Assembly: GCA_050178385.1 (NCBI GenBank)
Contig: JBFXGD010000129.1
Coordinates: 1 to 10,205 of the forward strand
DNA: 10,205 nucleotides
Origin: Calditrichaceae bacterium
GTDB taxonomy: Bacteria; Calditrichota; Calditrichia; Calditrichales; JBFXGD01
Direction: 5' to 3'
Part shown: piece by piece, positions 6,989 through 10,205 of the stretch
Position numbering within the stretch: position 1 is the first letter of the stretch
Layout: every line of letters starts with the position of its first letter
Position numbers and translations under genes: made by a program
The notes under the pieces: model-generated
What the model was told of the DNA's origin: nothing
The model's database searches: none
Seen by the model: only the letters and a program-made list of their open reading frames with translations

Positions 6989-6994
6989 TATAAT
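6989..6994 (+). promoter_or_regulatory. Putative -10 element (TATAAT) for the STAS gene
   Basis: Perfect TATAAT with no good -35 at 17 bp. It lies in an AT-rich run, so it could be a chance match. Confidence 0.3.
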
Positions 6995-7182
6995 AATCAT
7001 CGAATTTATTACCTATCCTCTTTAGAATTTTCATCCTGGTGAACAGATATTGTTTAAATCTGTTGGCAAATATTTATTATATTTCCGTATGAAATTATCT
7101 TATTCTTGTGTCGGACAGATCTATCAGTTAGTTTTCTGAGCAATCGTCACTATAAAAGGTGTGAGAAAAACATGGATCCACG

Positions 7183-7527
7183 ATGAAAATTAAAGAAAGT
7201 ATATACCAGAAAGTCGCGGTATTGTCTTTGCGGGGAAAGCTAATGGGTTCCCCGGAAACAAAAGAGCTTTATGATGATGTGTGTTCACTGATACAGGATG
7301 GTGTCATCCGGGTGGTTTTTGATCTGACACATCTGAACTGGATAAACAGCATGGGAATGGGAATGATTATGAAATGCCTGACAACATTAAATAAGGCCGA
7401 CGGCCATTTGCGTCTGGTTGGACTGAGTGAGAAAACACGCAGTGTCTTTGTCATGACGCAGCTCATTAACGTATTTATTTTTCATGATTCGGTAAATGCC
7501 GCCGTGGATGAACTGAATAATATCTGA
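7183..7527 (+). CDS. STAS domain anti-sigma factor antagonist (SpoIIAA/RsbV-like)
   Basis: 114 aa with VAVLSLRGKLMG, VVFDLTHLNWINSMGMG (equivalent to the D-S-S/T-G-L-G phospho-Ser loop), GHLRLVGLSEK.RSVFVMTQL..VF and a terminal helix SVNAAV. Confidence 0.93.
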   Translation: MKIKESIYQKVAVLSLRGKLMGSPETKELYDDVCSLIQDGVIRVVFDLTHLNWINSMGMGMIMKCLTTLNKADGHLRLVGLSEKTRSVFVMTQLINVFIFHDSVNAAVDELNNI

Positions 7528-7580
7528 ATCTTTAAAATTCTTGTGCTGATCCTATTGGGCGGTTATACCATTAATTGTGT

Positions 7581-9416
7581 TTAGAGATGTTTTTCAAATA
7601 TAAAGATCCCCGCCGTCATTTGCCGGCCGAAATGTTTTTTCTTCAGCGTTTTTCTATGATGATTTACCAATTGTAAGGGCGCTATATCCTGATGCCGGGC
7701 AACAAGATCAATCAGTATTTGCTCATTGTTTATTAACTCAAACCGGCGGCCGATCTTAAAATATAAATTTTCTACAATCAGACATATTTTTGCGTTGGCC
7801 CTGGTAATTCTTGTTATTTGTTCCAGAGCTTTTAAATGGTTTCCCCATAATTTCAAAAGACCTACGGCCTCATCTTTTCTGTTTCCATAGTATAATTTTT
7901 CTATGATTGCCTGGCCATATTCGCCGTGAAGGGCAAACAGGTCACTTTTTTGCGCGATCTGATTCATTAAGTTTTTGTACTCAGAGTCTTCATTTAGGTT
8001 ATTGCCAAACAGTTTTTGTTCCAATTCACCTGACAAGCCATGAAGATCGAGCAGCCGGATCGGAAGGTTGTCATTGCCAAAACCGGCTTTCTTTATTGTG
8101 GAAGGGAGCCAGGCGATAGATGCGTCGGCGCTGTTTGAATCGATGACCGACATGGTGAGTAAATCTCTGTTGTACACTTCACCCGGACCGGTTTCCGGTG
8201 AGAGAATCCGCTTGAGACGATAAAACACGTACTGCTTCAGATACAACTCTCGCAGCTGAGATGAATAACTTGTTATAAAATTTATCTGCTGCTTTTTTCT
8301 TAAAAAATTAGAGACGCAAATCGAAAGCGATGTCATTAAAAATGAATTAATCGAATGGGACCGTGTGATATATTTTGATGTAATTAAAAACCTGGCAGCT
8401 ATGATATATTTTAAAATTTCATCAGAAAAAATGCGTGTTTTTTGATTTTTAAGGCGATCCCTTTCAGTTCTCAAGAAAGGCATAAAGCGCGATTCAATCC
8501 TATCCAGAAACAAATCGGTTTGCGCGACAGGTTTACTGGAAACCAGCAGTTGTATTTGCGACAAAATTTCTGCAATTGCTTTTTTATAGGTTTCCGGTTC
8601 AAAATCAAAACTGTGAATGGTGCTTTCTGAGAACAGGCTGGATAACGGATTCAGCTCAACGCCGAAGACCGATTGTTCGGACAAAAGACCTTCTGCCAGG
8701 ATTCTTCCGGTTCCGCAAAACGGATTAAACAGGACTTTGTTAATATCAGGAAGCATGTAATTAATAACAGAACGCATCCAGACGGTTTTACTCCGGTCAG
8801 AATATGCCCGCATATCCGTTCCGACCAGTGAGAATCCGCCGTTATTGGCATTCAGCATTTCATGATCCGCCAGATAAGCCTTTACACCGCCGGCATGAAA
8901 ACCGGGCTTAAAATATTCATCCAGAAACTTAATATATTTATCAACGTCTGAGTCATTTTTACTCATCAGCGAAATATAATCAGCACGTTCAAGCAAATAT
9001 TGAAAAGTAGGAAAGCGGTAGATGCGCCATTCTTTGGTGCCTGTCTCACTAAACGGTAAATTCTGAACCTTCGCGCGGAGAAATAAAGGTACAGGATCGG
9101 CAATATGCTGGATTAATATGATCTCTTTTGTCAATCCCAACCGCAAAATGGCATCCGGAAGACGGGATATTTGTTCACCAACCCACAGATATCCATGCCG
9201 GCCAAATGAAGGAATCGAATCCGTCAGGTACTGCTGCAAACTCGGTTCACGTAAAATCAAATGCCTGAGATCCTGATAATTCAGTAATTCAAAGACGTTT
9301 GCGAGAGGTTTCGGCTTATCAAATAATGATTCAATTTCTAAAAATGATAGTTCCTCTATTTCGAACGGGTCGTCAAGATCATTAAATAATTTGAAGAAGA
9401 CATATTTTTTACTCAT
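7581..9416 (-). CDS. SAM-dependent methyltransferase-fold protein (N4C/N6A DNA MTase- or Trm11-like), catalytic motif apparently degenerate
   Basis: 611 aa. SAM motif I VLFNPFCGTGRILAEG and motif II FGVELNPLS. C-terminal ALEQITRITRANAKICLIVEN resembles MTase motifs V-VI. ADASIAWLPS stands where (T)SPPY/DPPY is expected. Confidence 0.75.
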   Translation of the reverse strand: MSKKYVFFKLFNDLDDPFEIEELSFLEIESLFDKPKPLANVFELLNYQDLRHLILREPSLQQYLTDSIPSFGRHGYLWVGEQISRLPDAILRLGLTKEIILIQHIADPVPLFLRAKVQNLPFSETGTKEWRIYRFPTFQYLLERADYISLMSKNDSDVDKYIKFLDEYFKPGFHAGGVKAYLADHEMLNANNGGFSLVGTDMRAYSDRSKTVWMRSVINYMLPDINKVLFNPFCGTGRILAEGLLSEQSVFGVELNPLSSLFSESTIHSFDFEPETYKKAIAEILSQIQLLVSSKPVAQTDLFLDRIESRFMPFLRTERDRLKNQKTRIFSDEILKYIIAARFLITSKYITRSHSINSFLMTSLSICVSNFLRKKQQINFITSYSSQLRELYLKQYVFYRLKRILSPETGPGEVYNRDLLTMSVIDSNSADASIAWLPSTIKKAGFGNDNLPIRLLDLHGLSGELEQKLFGNNLNEDSEYKNLMNQIAQKSDLFALHGEYGQAIIEKLYYGNRKDEAVGLLKLWGNHLKALEQITRITRANAKICLIVENLYFKIGRRFELINNEQILIDLVARHQDIAPLQLVNHHRKTLKKKHFGRQMTAGIFIFEKHL

Positions 9417-9458
9417 AAGCCCAGAACTGTTAAGACTTCCTGTCCGGAATAACCGTGG

Positions 9459-10205
9459 TTATATTATGGTGTTATTAGGGATCACCGTTCCCTTTGGAAT
9501 AATTATAATGCCGTCACGAATCGCGTAGGAATCCGTAAAAACTTCATTTTGGCTGTCTTTGTTTATCAGCTGGACGTTATTTCCGATATAACAATCCATA
9601 TCAATAATGGCATTTTTGATGATACAGTTCCGCCCGATGCCTAAATTTGGCTTAACCTGATCTAAGTTCTTTTCACGATCATCAATGGTTTCATAGAAAC
9701 TGTTTCCCATGACGATCGCCCGCTGAATCAGCGTACCTTCATCGATAAACGAACGAATACCAATCACTGCCTGTTCGATGATGGATCCCAGAATAATTGA
9801 TCCTTCCGAAACGATGGACTGATTTATATGGCAATTGTTTATCTTTGATGCCGGCAAATATCTCGGTCTGCTGTAAAAAGGATAGCTTTCATCATAAAAA
9901 TTGAATTTCGGAATAGGTTGAGTCAAGTCCAGATGAGCGTTAAAGAAGGCCTGAACGGTACCGATATCCTCCCAGTATCCTTCAAAGAAATAGGAGATAA
10001 CCTTGTTATCAGGAAGGCTCAAAGGGATAACTTCTTTGCCGAAATCCTCATTATCGTTATTGCTTAAAAGATTGATCAACACTTCTTTTTTAAATATATA
10101 AATCCCCATGGATGCCACATGCCGGCGGCCCTTGGGATCAATATCAAATATCTTAAAAGTATCTTCTTCTATTCTGTATTTATCCAGGATATCCTTTGTT
10201 TTTGG
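9459..10205 (-). CDS. glgC: Glucose-1-phosphate adenylyltransferase (ADP-glucose pyrophosphorylase), 5'-truncated by the window edge
   Basis: The frame is open from 10205 (PKTKDILDKYRIEEDTFKIFDIDPKGRRHV...). Motifs ASMGIYIF, DFGKEVIP, GYWEDIGT..AFF.A.L, PRYLPASKI, a hexapeptide beta-helix and C-terminal RDGIIIIPKGTVIPNNTII. The ORF-track start at 10118 is an internal GTG (Val). Confidence 0.96.
   Translation of the reverse strand, partial: PKTKDILDKYRIEEDTFKIFDIDPKGRRHVASMGIYIFKKEVLINLLSNNDNEDFGKEVIPLSLPDNKVISYFFEGYWEDIGTVQAFFNAHLDLTQPIPKFNFYDESYPFYSRPRYLPASKINNCHINQSIVSEGSIILGSIIEQAVIGIRSFIDEGTLIQRAIVMGNSFYETIDDREKNLDQVKPNLGIGRNCIIKNAIIDMDCYIGNNVQLINKDSQNEVFTDSYAIRDGIIIIPKGTVIPNNTII

Noticed and set aside
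16..8851. Short alternative-frame and antisense ORFs in the track (16-231, 1569-1757, 1750-2073, 1976-2398, 3086-3319, 3246-3455, 3397-3684, 4011-4310, 5154-5504, 5386-5583, 6021-6281, 7269-7466, 7907-8119, 8442-8630, 8651-8851)
   Set aside because: All overlap well-supported genes and show no recognisable motifs; best explained as shadow ORFs.
7581..9416. Restriction-modification or defence system
   Set aside because: No nuclease, specificity subunit or mobility gene is adjacent, and the MTase catalytic motif is absent.
10116..10118. ORF-track start of the 219-aa glgC fragment
   Set aside because: It is an internal Val codon; the frame stays open to the window edge and the N-terminal catalytic region is missing.

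Overview
A 10.2 kb bacterial chromosomal window of moderate-to-low GC, probably from a Gram-negative organism (it encodes a GT9 LPS glycosyltransferase); the lineage cannot be fixed from sequence alone. The + strand carries an exported/membrane hypothetical protein with an intrinsic terminator, a YbdG-like MscS channel, a phosphate-related cluster (CYTH protein, DUF47 PhoU-like protein, PiT transporter with a long C-terminal tail), a DUF6165 protein overlapping a GT9 heptosyltransferase-like gene, and an orphan STAS anti-sigma-factor antagonist. The - strand carries the 3' part of glgC followed by a 611-aa methyltransferase-fold protein whose catalytic motif appears degenerate. The most notable signal lies in the 600-bp gap at 6584-7182. 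It contains a 58-aa minus-strand ORF missing from the ORF track, with a strong RBS, a perfect extended -10 promoter and a CRP-type site centred at about -41.5. A second CRP-type site follows, and the control region is shared with the divergent STAS gene. No mobile elements, CRISPR arrays, tRNA or rRNA genes were seen.
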